A stretch of DNA of 63,350 bases, filler included, from Rhabdomonas costata (taxonomy: Eukaryota), in NCBI GenBank assembly GCA_019059605.1. It is 34 parts of 34 records of this genome, joined end to end, with 100 filler letters (N's around TTAATTAATTAA, not from the genome) between each part and the next. Parts side by side here need not be neighbours in the genome. Positions count along the whole stretch, not along the records: positions 22,411 to 24,172 come from JAHMHO010009362.1; positions 24,273 to 26,038 come from JAHMHO010009363.1; positions 26,139 to 27,902 come from JAHMHO010009364.1; positions 28,003 to 29,769 come from JAHMHO010009365.1; positions 29,870 to 31,637 come from JAHMHO010009366.1; positions 31,738 to 33,503 come from JAHMHO010009367.1; positions 33,604 to 35,363 come from JAHMHO010009368.1; positions 35,464 to 37,232 come from JAHMHO010009369.1; 26 more parts are not named here. One strand, given 5' to 3'. The notes under the pieces are model-generated. The model saw nothing but the letters and a program-made list of their open reading frames with translations. It did not search any database and was not told the DNA's origin. This document shows, one piece after another, positions 23,071 to 36,253 of the stretch. A program made the position numbers and the translations under genes. Each line of letters begins with the position of its first letter. Positions within the stretch are counted from its first letter, which is position 1.

Positions 23071-24097
23071 CTCACTGCGCTCCGCGGCGTACATCACCGG
23101 TGTTTTCTTGTCTTTGTCCGCGGCGTTTACGTCGGCCCTGCACTGGATCAGCTTCAGAGCGACATCGGATTGGTTCTTCAGAATGGCATGAATCAGCGGA
23201 GGCTTGCCCTCGTTGTCCGCGATGTTGGGGTTGGCCTTCAGTTCCAGGAGCTTCCCCGTGACCTCAGGCAACCCTTTCTCAATAGCACAGATCACAGGGG
23301 TCTTGCCGTCTGCCCCGTCACGGGCGTCCAGGTCCACGGGATTGTTCAGGAGCATCGCCACCTCCTCCAAGGCGCCCTTCTTGATGTGCCCCACCAGGGC
23401 AACCCCATTGTTCTCCTTCAGCTTCGCCGTCTCCGCCAGCGCGACCGCCTCCGGCACTTCGGCAAGCTCGTAGACCTACCGCCAGGAACCACAAAGCCCC
23501 ACCACCACCTTCACATACATCTACCACCATTGGAACAAGTCAGACACAACCCAATCACCCTCCATCCAACAACATTACCCATACACATTCACCGCGGGGA
23601 CGGCACATAGTAGCAGATGCATGGCAAACCAAATGCTGCACAACGCCGAGCTCTCTGCCTCACTTCTGCCTGAAGCCACAAACATGCTCTGGGACGCCCG
23701 TTCCCCTCCGAAATTCACCACTGATGCACACAGCGGAGCGGAGCAAATGATTCAAAAATTGGGCTGCGGTCACCGTGCATAGGGGTAGCATATTGGGGCG
23801 GCATTGACAAGCCCTGTTTGGTTAATCATCCACAATCCATTTGCGTCCATTTGCAGTCGGTGGGGGGCGAGGGATGGGAAGGTGAAGCAAAAGCAATGAA
23901 GCACAGTGCAATCATACACACGCCGACGCCTCCGATTTATACGCCAACAGCACCCTCCCACATACACATCCACCACCCACTCCCCGAACCTCGACGCGGT
24001 CCAGGCAGTACCCCAGCTCCTGCTCAAAAAACTTCTTGGTCGCCGGGCCCAGCCTGCGGTTGACCTTAAAATAGGTGTTCATTTCGTACAGAACTTC
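23071..24097 (-). CDS. Ankyrin-repeat protein preceded by a probable ADP-ribosyltransferase (ARTC-like) domain end
   Basis: Exons 24097-23990 and 23475-23071, phase 0, GT-AG: EVLYEMNTYFKV...LDRVE|VYELAEV, then ankyrin repeats GKTPVICA, GKPPLIHA, KKTPVMYA. The ankyrin call is firm; the ART call is inferred. Confidence 0.75.
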
Positions 24098-24489
24098 CTG
24101 AAATCGGGAAGAACGGGCGGGGGGTGAGTGCGGAGTGTACAGCCGACGTGTGCAGTTGGAGGTAGAGAACGTNNNNNNNNNNNNNNNNNNNNNNNNNNNN
24201 NNNNNNNNNNNNNNNNTTAATTAATTAANNNNNNNNNNNNNNNNNNNNNNNNNNNNNNNNNNNNNNNNNNNNGTGTTGTGGTATTGGTCCTTGCAAGCTT
24301 CCATCATCAGATTTAACAACTTCTGCATTTCCGTGTGATACTCGGAGGATACACTTAGTTCAGATAAAACGGACTGTACTCAGTGCCATAGATCTGATTA
24401 TTGTTAATCGCGATTTCCGCCCACACCACGAGCTCTTTCTACCAATTCCGTGGGTTTACAATCCTCAAATTTATAAACACTTGATTCAT

Positions 24490-25600
24490 CGTCTTATTAG
24501 TCAGCTAAGCCCGAACATTTGTCTGGTTGTAGTAAGACAATGATATTCTCAAGCACACATTTAAGAAGCTCATTAGCTCCTTCCAACATAAATATCGCGT
24601 CTCGGTAGCTTACTGTGATTCTCTGCAACACGCGGTAACGAACCACCTCCCACAAAAAACTTGCAAACATCTTTGTAGCTCGATAAATGTTAGTTTCCTG
24701 CATCACAAATTCGCCGATGATACCACTTCTTTTGGTCTGACTTTATCAAATTGAAAATATTTCTTATAGTCGCCGGGTCCAAACACTAGACAGATCACAA
24801 GTCTTCTGGATCTACTGAATCCACTTGCACTGGATCAAGCGGCCCACACTTCCACAAACTTTAACTGCATTTACGAAAAACACACCATCTGAACATCCAC
24901 CGTGATGGCCTACAAACATGTCCCTTAGACACGGCAACGAAATAAAGCTTCAGCTGCCACGTTAGATCAAAGTGGCACATGCGAAATTTTCAGTGTATAA
25001 CGTTCAAAGTCTACAACCACCTGAACTGTAGCGGTGACGGTAATGGTTCTTCTTCAAACAACTCAGCGCTGAATTATCATTAAAAACTCTCGTAAAAGCA
25101 CCAAGCAAATAATTTCTCCACTAGTATAGAGTGTACACTAGTGCCAACATCTCTTTCTAGCAAACTTGGTAATTATTCTCGGACCGGACAACTTCCTCAA
25201 CCTGCATACAACGAGATGCATATGCACATAACCAATACCACTTCTGATGGACCTGTGTATAAAACCATCGGTTTCTTGAAACAGTGAACTCTTAGAACAA
25301 CAGATTCTCCTGCAGGTCTCCAAAATGCCATTCCTCATCCTTCTTCATCAGGTACGCTATTGGAGCTGCTACTGTGGCGTAATATTGAACAAACCTCTGG
25401 TAAAAACCCGCAAAGCAGTAGCAACCTCCACATCTAGTGGGTTGTTTAACGTTTGCCAATTGTAAGCAGACATCAACTTCCTCGTCCTGACGCTTTTACT
25501 CACCAAAAGCCACAATGCTGGACTTTCGGCTGCGCAAAAACGCACTCTACGGATTGGCAAACAACGTTTCCACCCACAGTAACGCTTCGACATGATATTA
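24490..25600 (-). pseudogene. Heavily decayed Ty3/gypsy pol (RT end, RNase H, integrase remnants)
   Basis: Across stops and frameshifts: GFYQRFVQYYATVAAPI, RKLSGPENNY..KEMLALVYTL..WRNYLLG, DNSALS, FLWEVVRYRVL. Colinear with the copy at 28003. Confidence 0.85.
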
Positions 25601-25610
25601 AAATGTGTTA

Positions 25611-26033
25611 GTGTGCACCAGAATGTCGTCTACTTGCGGATTAACTCGAGTTAAAACGTGTAGCCAAATACAGTCTGAATGGGCGTCTTAATAGCACGTA
25701 AATGTAAACTCACAGGCATTTAACACAATCTCCCTGTCACACTAACAAATGAGTAACTGGCAACACATCTCCATTTGCTACTCTCACTGTTACGCATTGT
25801 GTAGATCCTGATTAATGAAAATTCAGACGCATCGGAGTCCACAAAAGCTCTCACCTGCCTCCCAATTACTAGAGATAAGAACGAAAAAGGCTGCAGTGAC
25901 GCTGTGTCTGGGAGATTGTGATAAATGCCTGTGAGTTTACATTTACGTGCTATTAAGACGCCCATTCAGACTGTATTTGGCTACACGTTTTAACTCGAGT
26001 TAATCCGCAAGTAGACGACATTCTGGTGCACAC
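25611..26033. repeat. About 124-bp near-perfect inverted repeat at a contig end, probable amplification fold-back chimera
   Basis: Arms 25611-25734 and 25910-26033, with one mismatch near the inner end. The right arm runs into the contig terminus. Confidence 0.9.
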
Positions 26034-26138
26034 CAACCNNNNNNNNNNNNNNNNNNNNNNNNNNNNNNNNNNNNNNNNNNNNTTAATTAATTAANNNNNN
26101 NNNNNNNNNNNNNNNNNNNNNNNNNNNNNNNNNNNNNN

Positions 26139-27082
26139 CCCCCTCTCCGCGACATCGAATGGCCATACCCCGCCAAATCCACGGGTCGGTAGCGAAGAAG
26201 ATGCAGGTCTGTCCACAATGACCAGCCTTTAAAAAACACAAACAGAGAAATAAAAAGAGCCAAAATCAAACAGTTTTTTCAGGTTGGTTTGGCGATTTCC
26301 TGAAACTTTTTCGAATCAAAAAAGTTAGGAAATCATAATATCAACATCGTCAGGTTTTCTTATACAATTAAGGGAAAAAGAAACCTGCTGAAAACGTTCA
26401 CCAATGCGGCGTGCGCATTGACACCGTCCATCGGCACTCAACCGCCAGCATACACAGACTTACGCACAAACCAGCGATCAATATCACTTGCTGTGCAGAG
26501 CGCAGGGCAAGGTAGATGTCCTCCCAGCACTTGCCCTCTTGCCGGAAAGGTCCACAGTCTGTCGGGACCGCAGGGAGCGGATAGCAGTCTTCAACATGCG
26601 CATCCTAAATACAAGTCGGGAAGCAGAATGGTACAGCATCCCCCCGTTTTTTTTTCGCTTTTAAACACTAAAAACCTTGTAAACCGATCTTATTTGCAAC
26701 TCCCTCTGACATCAAGAGCAGAACCTGACGAACGTTTTGGTAATCATATGCGTCACTCACCTCGTTCATTTAGCGTGTAGCCCAGACCAGACCCATACCC
26801 CATCTGCAATCTGCCTTGTGACCAAAATAGACATTTCCGAAGATAGAAAAGTAAAAGAAAAGCAGAACCATAGCCTGCGGCAAACAAACACACACCGCAT
26901 TGGGTTTGTGCGCGTTGAGCGTTCTGCAAATTACAAAACGCGTAACACAGAAAGATGAAAAAGCAGTAATGAAGAGACAGCAAACCAAAGATCTGGCGAA
27001 GATGAGGTGATGAGGCAACCCGAAAGAAATCCTACAAGCCCTACATCCACACCTGGTACAGCGTGAACCGGCACCCGTCGCG
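26139..27082 (-). CDS. Hypothetical protein with short exons
   Basis: Exons 27082-27053 (30 nt), 26814-26761 (54 nt) and 26208-26139 splice in frame with AG/GT borders (RRVPVHAVPG|RLQMGYGSGLGYTLNERD|LHLLRYRP). Confidence 0.4.
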
Positions 27083-28002
27083 CTGGGGAAAAGGCACCCA
27101 CGGACAAGCTGTGCACCCATACCTCATGTCGGCAGACTCAAACTGCATACGAAAACGCCCAAACTCATCGCAAGAAACATGGCACAGAATCAAATTGGTA
27201 TGCGGGAGAAAGTCCCCACACTGCGCTCAACAGGTTAAGGGCAGGTAGTTCAGTGCACGCAAAACGAAGTAGGTACGCGAGCGTCATGCAGATTGTACTA
27301 ATGACGGTGAACATCAATCTGTGTTATACCGCCGATGCAGCACTGCATCTTTTTGCAGTCAAAACCTAACGATCGCAAGAGAGTTTATGTGCATCCGCAG
27401 ATGTCTTTTTCATAATGGGTTCTGGAGACAATCGTTTGTAATAACAACGGGCTATTTCTGGACCTTTGATTACCCTATTAGCCTGCTCGCGACCATGAAC
27501 CAGCTCTTAAGGCGAATTCTAGTCTTGGGCGATGCAGCCTATGCACAGCTTTCACAGTCGACTCTGAGCCAGTAAGTGAGTGCCCCAGTGCGCGGTGACT
27601 GTGCACCTATTTGATCTGCCTACGTTCTGACGTGAACAGCTGATTCCTCAACCAGCGAGACTGCTCAAAACTTCACCACGTGATCGTGATGCACGAACCC
27701 GAAAGCTCATGCATAGGCGAGCGGAGTGGGGCTTCCGAGAGGCGGGCCATCGGCGCAAAGGAAACCACCGGTGATGCTGCGGCACTCCGAGGTAGTCTGA
27801 AGGCTGCAGGGAGACATCGCCCGATCCTGACCCCTGCAGGCGCAGTCGCAGGCACAAACAGCCACGACGGCAAAAAAAAATCAAGAGAAAAGGGAAAAAT
27901 CTNNNNNNNNNNNNNNNNNNNNNNNNNNNNNNNNNNNNNNNNNNNNTTAATTAATTAANNNNNNNNNNNNNNNNNNNNNNNNNNNNNNNNNNNNNNNNNN
28001 NN

Positions 28003-29545
28003 GTGGTTTTGGGACTGTGCTGGTTCTACCAGATGTTTGTGCCGGATTACGCAACGGTATCAGCGCCGTTGACTGAGCGAAGCTCAGGAGCAGGCGTATC
28101 AGACACTGAATGTCAGGCTGATGAAGTAATCGGTGCTGACCGTACCGGACTTCTCGAAGCCCATAATCCTTCACATGGATGCCTCAGAGGTAGGTTTGGG
28201 AGCGACGATTTCGCAGAAGAGGGAGGACGTAAATATGAGGTTGGTGGCATGTTGTTCGAGAAAGTTGTCGATGGCAGAGAAAAATTACCCAGTGAATGAA
28301 AAAGAAATGCTGGAACTTGCGGACACGTTGGAAAAGTGGAGGCATTACTTGATGGGTGAAGAATTGAAGGTGCATACGGATAACTCAGCGCTGAGTTACT
28401 TGCAGAAGAAACCGAGACCATCACCATGACAAGTGAGGTGGCTGGAGAGGTTGCAGCGGTACAAATTGAAGGTTTCACACATCCCGTGACGACAGAATGT
28501 GGCCGCCAATGCGCTTTCGCTCAACCCAGCAGATCAGGTTCAGGAGAGTGTGATGGGTGGAAAGGCGGCAGAGTTGGAAGTCGTAGATGTTGTGGAAAGA
28601 GAGGATGGAGAGCGGAATAAAACGCTGAAGAGAGATTAAGCTGAGTCATTGAGGCTGTACTTTCACGGTCCGCTGTGCACGCCCTTGAAGTGACACCTCC
28701 TGACGACTGGTGGTAGAACTACTGGTTAGACCCAGAGGTTCTGAGAAAGTACTTCGACTCATTTACAAAAGAGTTGAAGAGTCCATAGCAGTGGCACCAT
28801 GGTCTGATTTGGGACGATGAAACGATTTTAGTTCCCAGGACTCGAGAGACGGAGTTGATTACAAAATATCACGATTCCCCAGCCTCTGGTCATTGGGGAG
28901 TGACCATGACAGCAGGGATGCTGAAGATGAATTTACCTTCAGGAACATGAAGCGGAAAGTGATGGCATACGTTCGGACTTTTCACATCTGCCAGAGAGGA
29001 AATGGAGACAATCACTTGCCCAGGGGACACTTGCAGAACTTAGAAAACCCTGCACGAAAGTGGGAGTCGGTGTCAGTGGACTTTGTGTCGTTAACAGAGA
29101 GCACAGTTACGATGTCAGAGCAAGATGTGGACGAGGTGCTGACGGTGACGGACAGAGCGACAAAAATGGCTGTGTTGATTCCATGTCACAGTACCATGAA
29201 CACAGCGCAGATTGCAGAGTTGTTTTGGTTGGATGTGGTGCGTTGTCACGGATTGCCAAGTTCCATTGTAAGTGATCGGGACTCGGTGTTCATCTCGTTG
29301 TTTTGGAAAGAGATGATGAAGTTTCTGGACGTTCAGCTCAGGAGATAGTTGCAGTATCACCCGCATACCAATGGACAGGCATAGAGGACGAACCAGACCT
29401 TGAAGCAGGTGTTGCGGACATTGTTTTTGACAAGGACAGAGGCGAAATGGACATACTTGTTAGTGCTTGAAGAGATAGAAATCAACAGTTTACCAATAGC
29501 AAACACTGTGTATAGTCCTTTTCACTTGAACTTTGGCTACAATAT
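28003..29545 (+). mobile_element. Ty3/gypsy LTR retrotransposon pol pseudogene (RT end, RNase H, integrase)
   Basis: GLCWFYQMFVPDYA, LHMDASEVGLGA, SRKLSMAEKNYPVNEKEML, VHTDNSAL, YHDSPASGHWG, WESVSVDFV, HGLPSSIVSDRD, YHPHTNGQA*RTN. Multiple stops and frameshifts. Confidence 0.95.
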
Positions 29546-30466
29546 ATATAGTCTTTTGGTGTGACTTGCTATAGACTCAGGAGCCAGCTTGGGGAGCTAA
29601 GACCGAGTCAGTGCGTGTTACCATTCGCAGAATGAAGTCAGAGGAAGGCAGTTCACGAAGAGTTTTGAAAAGAACAGGACTATACACAGTGTTTGCTATT
29701 GGTAAACTGTTGATTTCTATCTCTTCAAGCACTAACAAGTATGTCCATTTCGCCTCTGTCCCCCCAAAANNNNNNNNNNNNNNNNNNNNNNNNNNNNNNN
29801 NNNNNNNNNNNNNTTAATTAATTAANNNNNNNNNNNNNNNNNNNNNNNNNNNNNNNNNNNNNNNNNNNNTGAACTCACGTGTGTGTGTGTGTGTGTGTGT
29901 TGGGCGCATTGCGCGCTGGCTGTTGCCTGGTAGACTGGTTGACCGGTTGGTGGTGACCACTGGGGACTGACTGGGGCACGCGCCGTTGGCCACGGGTGCT
30001 CGCGAGAGGTGCCGTTGGTGTGTGTGTGTGTGTGTGTGTGTACTAAAATCATAAAGCGCTATCCTGTTCCCCCACGGTGGGCTACAGCCCAAAAGAGTAA
30101 AAATAGACCACATCTGACAGTACAGAAGGGAGCCGGAGTGTCGTCTTGGGAAGGTAAGACAGAAGAGTGCTTAAGTGAATGTGTCTGTCTGCATTTGCGT
30201 GAGTAGCGAAAAGCGGAAGGTTGCAAAAAAAACGCTTGCAGGGAAGACTGTGAAGGGGTTTCGTCGTCGGGAATGGGGCACGAATCCCTTCACAGGCAGA
30301 AAAGCACCGTGGGAAACTCGACTGGGTATAGAGCGGCCACGGCATACCGTGGCACACGGAGAGCACGAAACCCACAGAACCAGTGGAAAACACCCCAGGC
30401 AGCATGAAGAGTGGTCATTCTAAGTCAAAAGAAAGGGGTGGGGGGCAGGGGTCTTTCCCCCTGCCC

Positions 30467-30599
30467 TCAAGCCAGGCCGAACTTCTTGAGGGCGCCGTCC
30501 AGGGCGTTCTGGATCGCCATGCGGTTCTCGACAATGGCCATGCTGCGCCACGTCGAGTGCTCACCACGGCGCACTCGATCCCAGAACTCCTCCTCCGTG
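30467..30599 (-). CDS. Terminal exon of a hypothetical protein
   Basis: GC3-rich exon after an AG acceptor: TEEEFWDRVRRGEHSTWRSMAIVENRMAIQNALDGALKKFGLA*. Confidence 0.45.
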
Positions 30600-32044
30600 C
30601 TGCATTACGTGTCAACCCCCGCCCCCCTCTCGACACGCGAACCGAACGTGCGCAGAAAGCTGCGCTGCTAGGGAAACTCAACCGATTTCCCACACGAAAG
30701 AGACTATATTGTGGCTTTCTTTTTTTACGAAACAATTTGAACATTGAGGTGGTGACTCCCCTCCGGGCCTTTTTTGTCACCAGGTCTGAGCCGGTAGAGA
30801 GAAGTGAGAGTCCGGCTGTGGCCACATTTACCGCTTTTCCGGTACCTTGGTCCCATAACTGTCACATAAAAATTAAGTCAAAAATAAGGTTAACAAGAAT
30901 AAACTAAGAATAAGCTCATCTAAATGCTGACAGATAAGGAAAAAGATGGGGCGATAATAGCGCACCAGCCCTACTCAAAGAAAGCCCCTGGAAATGCTGT
31001 AACGTAGAGAAGGATTTCCGGTAGAACGAATATGCAAACCGCCCAGAAGGGGCAGGTGGCAGGAGTGCAGCAAAACACAAGGCGCACCTCAACCCAGAGA
31101 ATGCGAATCCTTGGTTAAACCTTTGAATTAAGAGAATTGCTAAGGAACAAAACAAGGTGTGTGCTTTTGCAGTGGCAACAGCTTAAGTTATGCAGAGAAC
31201 ACAGAAGCTGTCGGGAGCGGGCGAGACAGAAGCGCCTCCTGGAAAACAAACTGCGTAGCTCAACAGCACCTCAAGTTAGTGGCGACGCTGATGTAGTCCA
31301 TGAACCGGGCGTCCGGAACGATAGTAAGGTCCCCCTTCCGTTCCTGGCTGAAGACATACCTGAGAGCACAACACAGAACACCGCAGATGGCCAGAAATTG
31401 GCCTGGAAATTAACCAAAACGCGAACACTTTCCAGCTTAATAGCGACTTCGAAGGAACAAATTTCTGAGCATTTTTCTGTTCACCATCCAATGAATGGCA
31501 GAATGTGTGTGGTGGCGAGCTCTCTTTCCGAGCTTGTGCGGACTCTGCTGTGAGCGTGTGCGTGAGCGAAAAATCCACCCAAATCCACTTCAAAAATTAG
31601 CTGTTGCCACCGGCGTCCTTGAGGCCTCATCGTCCATNNNNNNNNNNNNNNNNNNNNNNNNNNNNNNNNNNNNNNNNNNNNTTAATTAATTAANNNNNNN
31701 NNNNNNNNNNNNNNNNNNNNNNNNNNNNNNNNNNNNNTTGGGCTTTCAGAGCTCGACTGGTCTCCTGGATATCCGCGGAAGGCTTCCCATCAACTGTGGC
31801 GACCTTCGGTGGAGTTGGAGCTCAGCGGTTCAGTGAAAGTGAAGAGAGAGAAGATAGAAATATGGGGGCCGGCAAAAATAATGGAATGGATATCGGTGAA
31901 ACGTCAGTTTTTGATTCTGTTGCTTGTCCGCCCCTGTTAGGCATGTTGTGTGTGCATCCTGCTGGTCTTATAAGATTCACACGTGGGCCAAAATACCGGC
32001 TTCGGGGCTCAGACATGTCAAATCAGACGGCTTAGTCGAACGCA

Positions 32045-32560
32045 AGGGTGTCAAGGGAAGTGGCCACCAGCGCCACGTCCTCTGCAAAGCTGCCCGCGGC
32101 GATGACTTCGTCTAGGATAAGAACTCCGACACGCGGCGCAGAGGCCCAGCGGTGGAAGGGCTCAAACAAGATGTTCATCAAGTTAGGACTCGCCGGGCAG
32201 CCTTGCGGAAGGCCGCTGGCCGCACGAAACTAGGCACCATCCACCAGGACTAAGCGAAATCGTTGGAGGAGGTGGCAATAGAAACTGCGGAAACAGTCCA
32301 CCAATGAGGAGCTCCGGCCCCCCCATGTGTGACCATGCCCTTTGCCGAAACCCGGTACCGCACGTCCAGGGCGGTGATCGGCCATTGATCCTGAGGGCGC
32401 CTACCGCCCGAGGCCTTCGGGATCATCTTGATGTATGCCGTCTGAAACTCCACAAAGTAGGGCAACATTCTTTTATGAAAACCACGAAACCATCACAAGG
32501 CATCGCGGAAGATGGGTTTGAGGGCGCACACTCCCCTCCATCGGGCCTTGCTGTATTGTC
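32045..32560 (-). mobile_element. Decayed non-LTR (LINE) reverse transcriptase fragment
   Basis: AYIKMIPK...DQWPITALDVRYR..AK (domains 1-2), then after a deletion or frameshift GLPQGCPASP (domain 4) and SFAED (a degenerate FADD). Confidence 0.85.
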
Positions 32561-34026
32561 AATATTGTCCCTGCTTGAAGCTTGGTTTTGAAACCTCAAC
32601 GTAGCCAGTCTTTAGAAATACGTTTTTATCCTTCTCTCTGCCGCTGCCATCAGTAATACCTTGTTGAACAGCATCGGAATGCCATTCCGATCGAAACGGC
32701 GCTGCTGTATTCAGGCCGTGCCCGCATATAAATCCTCGCAAAGACGTCTGTTGTACAAAAACCCTAGTAAAGAGACCATATGACACAAAACCGCAAGCGT
32801 TGAAATAAAAGACTAAGGCAAAGAAGCGTTATTTCAGAGCGCAGACCTCGAGAACGTCTATGAAAAGGGCGAATGATGGTCAATCGAAGTGGCCCTGTTG
32901 GTCTCATGTATATCTGGCGTGCGTGGGGATAGCACGTTTCTCCTTCATTATCGCTCATTCAGGTCTGAAGATTGAGGGAAATTCACAGTTGCTACTCTCA
33001 TCAAAGCGGACCAAAACATGACCATTGTAATAGCCGTGAAAAAATGGCGGGCTGTGTTAGTGCTTCAATGGACCGTTTTTGTTGCTTGTATCAAATGGAA
33101 CACAATTGGGAAACATGAACCCACCTGAGACATAAGCGGCAGCGAGAAGCGAATGTTGCCGGGCAGCGGTTTAAAGAAAGCACTGAAAGGTGAAGAGAAA
33201 GTGATGTGGCAGAGCACACAGCAGAGATGTGAAAGCAGGAGTCAATGTGGTGGACGGGCAGTCACAGGGAAATTCGCCAGGTCTGAAAAGATGAGGTTGT
33301 TTGTTTGTCCAATGACGTATAAGCTATTTCAGAGGGAGGGATTTTGATGGGAAAGGGCTTAGCTTGGAGTATCGCAAGTAAGAGAAACCATCTTCGAAAG
33401 CATTGCTCGCCCCTTCACCAGCAACAACCACTCAGCTCTGCCATGCCTGTTGTCGACTGGTATTTTCATGGTACAAAATGTGCATGTCTGTGTGTGTGTT
33501 CTGNNNNNNNNNNNNNNNNNNNNNNNNNNNNNNNNNNNNNNNNNNNNTTAATTAATTAANNNNNNNNNNNNNNNNNNNNNNNNNNNNNNNNNNNNNNNNN
33601 NNNTTTTGGTGGGGTACAAAGACAGATATGATTGGTGCTCCAGCTCTGTGCTCAGACCTGCACTGCCGTGATTTTGTTTTGCATAAGATGGAAAGGAAAC
33701 ACAACCACGTGGAGGCGAAGCGACTGAGTTGAACGTGAAGAAAAAAGGAAACGTCGGATGAGAGTGTTTTCTCACAAATGGTGCGCTGGTTAACGTATCT
33801 CGATAAATGAAAATACAGAAGCGAACATGGGGAGCTATGCCAACTCTCCCCAGTTCTGCAACCGTCCACCTGTGATCATGCACGTGTCTCCAGATGCAAG
33901 CATTCACACTCACACTACGTGCACAACGCACTGTTGTGGTGGTCTCTTTGCCTCCAGTAAAACTTTCGGGGAGTGCGCGAAGACCCCTCTGCTGTTGGGC
34001 CACCCACCTACACGAAACACACAAAC

Positions 34027-35363
34027 CTAGGTCACTCTCGGTCTTCATGAGATTGGCGTCGAACTCGATCACCTCGTCGTTGGAAAAGTTCCCCTCGAAG
34101 ACCCCGTCGCAGCTGAGCAGGATGAAGTCCCCGGTGCGGGCCTTGATGTGCCGCACCTCGGGCACGGCAATGACCTTCTGCACCGTCGGGCTTCCCGAAC
34201 CACCTGCGCAAATCAGAGCCGCGCGCGTGCACCCAGAGAGGCACGGGTCATTGCATTTGCGAGAATTCGGGTACTGAGGACGAGGGTGCACAAAACACAG
34301 GCACAACAAACTTTTGTTGCTTTTGTTTTGCCAAGGATGGGTCCACTGTCAGGTCAAATGAATTGATCGGCAGCCAGGGTCAAAGTGTCGAGAGGCAAAA
34401 AACTGCAAAAGGAGGGTTTTGGTCAGCCAAGTCCAATGCACATGGAGTTGGCCACACAAAGCTGCAACGCTATAAAAGTGTCAAAACAAACAGCAAAATA
34501 ATCACCTTAGTATTGTCAGTTTCCCGTCCGTCAAAATGTGAGCCGTCTCTCCTCCCTGCTTCTCGACATGTGCGCGCATATCTGTGGTTGAGGAGGAGAG
34601 GCCACTACCTTTGTACTGCCCGTCGCCGAAAGCTCGGGATACGGCGAGGTTGCCGTCCACTCGAGCGTTGGTCACGGTGCCCCCACAGAGCTCAATCCGG
34701 GCGCGCTCGCCCTCCAGGCTGGGCTTGTGATCCGTGGTCAGGGGCACAGCCCGGCCCTTGCGGCCCAGGATAACTCGGCTGTCCCCCACGTTGCCCACCT
34801 GCGCGTGCGTGCCCGTGAGTAAGTGAGCTGCAAGATTGCCCACGAGCAAGTGAACCCCCGACCGCCACAATATTGCCCCGCATAAAACTGAGTAACTGGC
34901 ACCCACATCCACGCAGTCCGTACCTGAAAATGTGCTTTCGGGTCCAAAAGAGAACACACTGACCAGCGCAGACGACTGTGCGTTCGAAGGCACCGCCGTT
35001 CGTCCGTCGGTGGAAAGCGAAGCGAAAATCCACCTCCATTGGCTCGACTACAGCAATCACTCCTCCGTGGTTGAACGCCTGCACCGAACTTGGTCCTTCT
35101 CTTGCTTTTCTTTCTTTGAAGGCGAAGAAGAAGGGAAGCGCTGTGCGAGGGTGTGCGCGCCTGGATCTCGAACTGGGCCTCCCCCTCCGGGGTTGGCTCG
35201 TCGGGGGTGGCGATGAAGAAGGTCCCGGTGGATCCCGAGTCCACGTTGCCCGCGAGGTAGCGGTTGTCCAGATCCACCGTGAGATTCACAAGGTCGTCGT
35301 CGGAGATCGGCGGGCCCTTCTTCGCGATGGCCTCCGGGAACTCCCGCCCCAGCCACCCCACCC
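34027..35363 (-). CDS. PP2C (PPM-family) protein phosphatase, internal exons
   Basis: Exons 35363-35161, 34798-34609 and 34203-34027: DSGSTG, FEIQ|VGNVGDSR, LTTDHKP, RVDGNLAVSRAFGD, DFILLSCDGVFEGNFSNDEV. The first intron is GC-AG. Confidence 0.95.
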
Positions 35364-36253
35364 NNNNNNNNNNNNNNNNNNNNNNNNNNNNNNNNNNNNN
35401 NNNNNNNTTAATTAATTAANNNNNNNNNNNNNNNNNNNNNNNNNNNNNNNNNNNNNNNNNNNNTGTGGGGGGGGACAGCAGTCTGCAACTGCCTGCAACG
35501 AGTCCAAATAGGGATACACAAATTTTTTTTTTGGAAGAATGACAACCCTTCTTATTGATGATCTGGAAAGTTGGGCACACCACCGCTTTTAGACTACTTA
35601 TCAACCATCAATTTAATTGTTACCATACTCACGATCAAGTTCACGTTCACTCGCCACCCGGTGGAATTCCGTGTGATCTGAGGACTGCGTTAACATTCTT
35701 CCGCCGCACCCGTGGTGGTATTTTGAACTCGGCCGTTGATTGCTGCGTTATGTGCTTTTTACATCCGTGAACTTTTTCATGGAATCTCGTGGAGGTTTCT
35801 TTTTCAGGAGGATTTTTTTTCCAGGTTTCTCGAGAAAATGGCCAGCACAGGCGAGAATGACTCAGAATTCACCGCGGGTGATAGATGTGTCAAACAGGTC
35901 AAACTGAAAAAACTGGAAACGATTTGGCTTGGTCTAGAGCACACAAATGTGTAGAGTTGCGATGTGGGGGTCTTTTCTTGGTTTGATTATCCGCATGTCC
36001 ACATGTCCACGTAGGAAAAACCTGCGCTTCGGGAAATTTGTTAAATGACGCCCCACCCGGAATGGTAAATTTCCTGATTGAGGCAATACTTCTTGGTTAT
36101 GGTCCAACCCCATCCGTCCTGAAAATCGGTGCCCAATGCTGCCCACTCGGGCATTGTAAGATTGTTAAGGATCGGTGCGTTTTTCTGTTTCTATTGTCTG
36201 CTTTTGTCTCCCTGGGCAGAATTTTCTGCAAACAAACCCCATTCTCCTTCAAA

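Noticed and set aside
23023-23610. Long + strand ORF and similar overlapping ORFs in the track
   Set aside because: These are antisense shadows of GC3-rich exons (here the ankyrin exon).
25611-26033. Long inverted repeat as a transposon TIR pair or hairpin RNA
   Set aside because: Near-perfect identity next to heavily decayed DNA, a contig-terminal position and imperfect inner microhomology fit a WGA fold-back chimera better.
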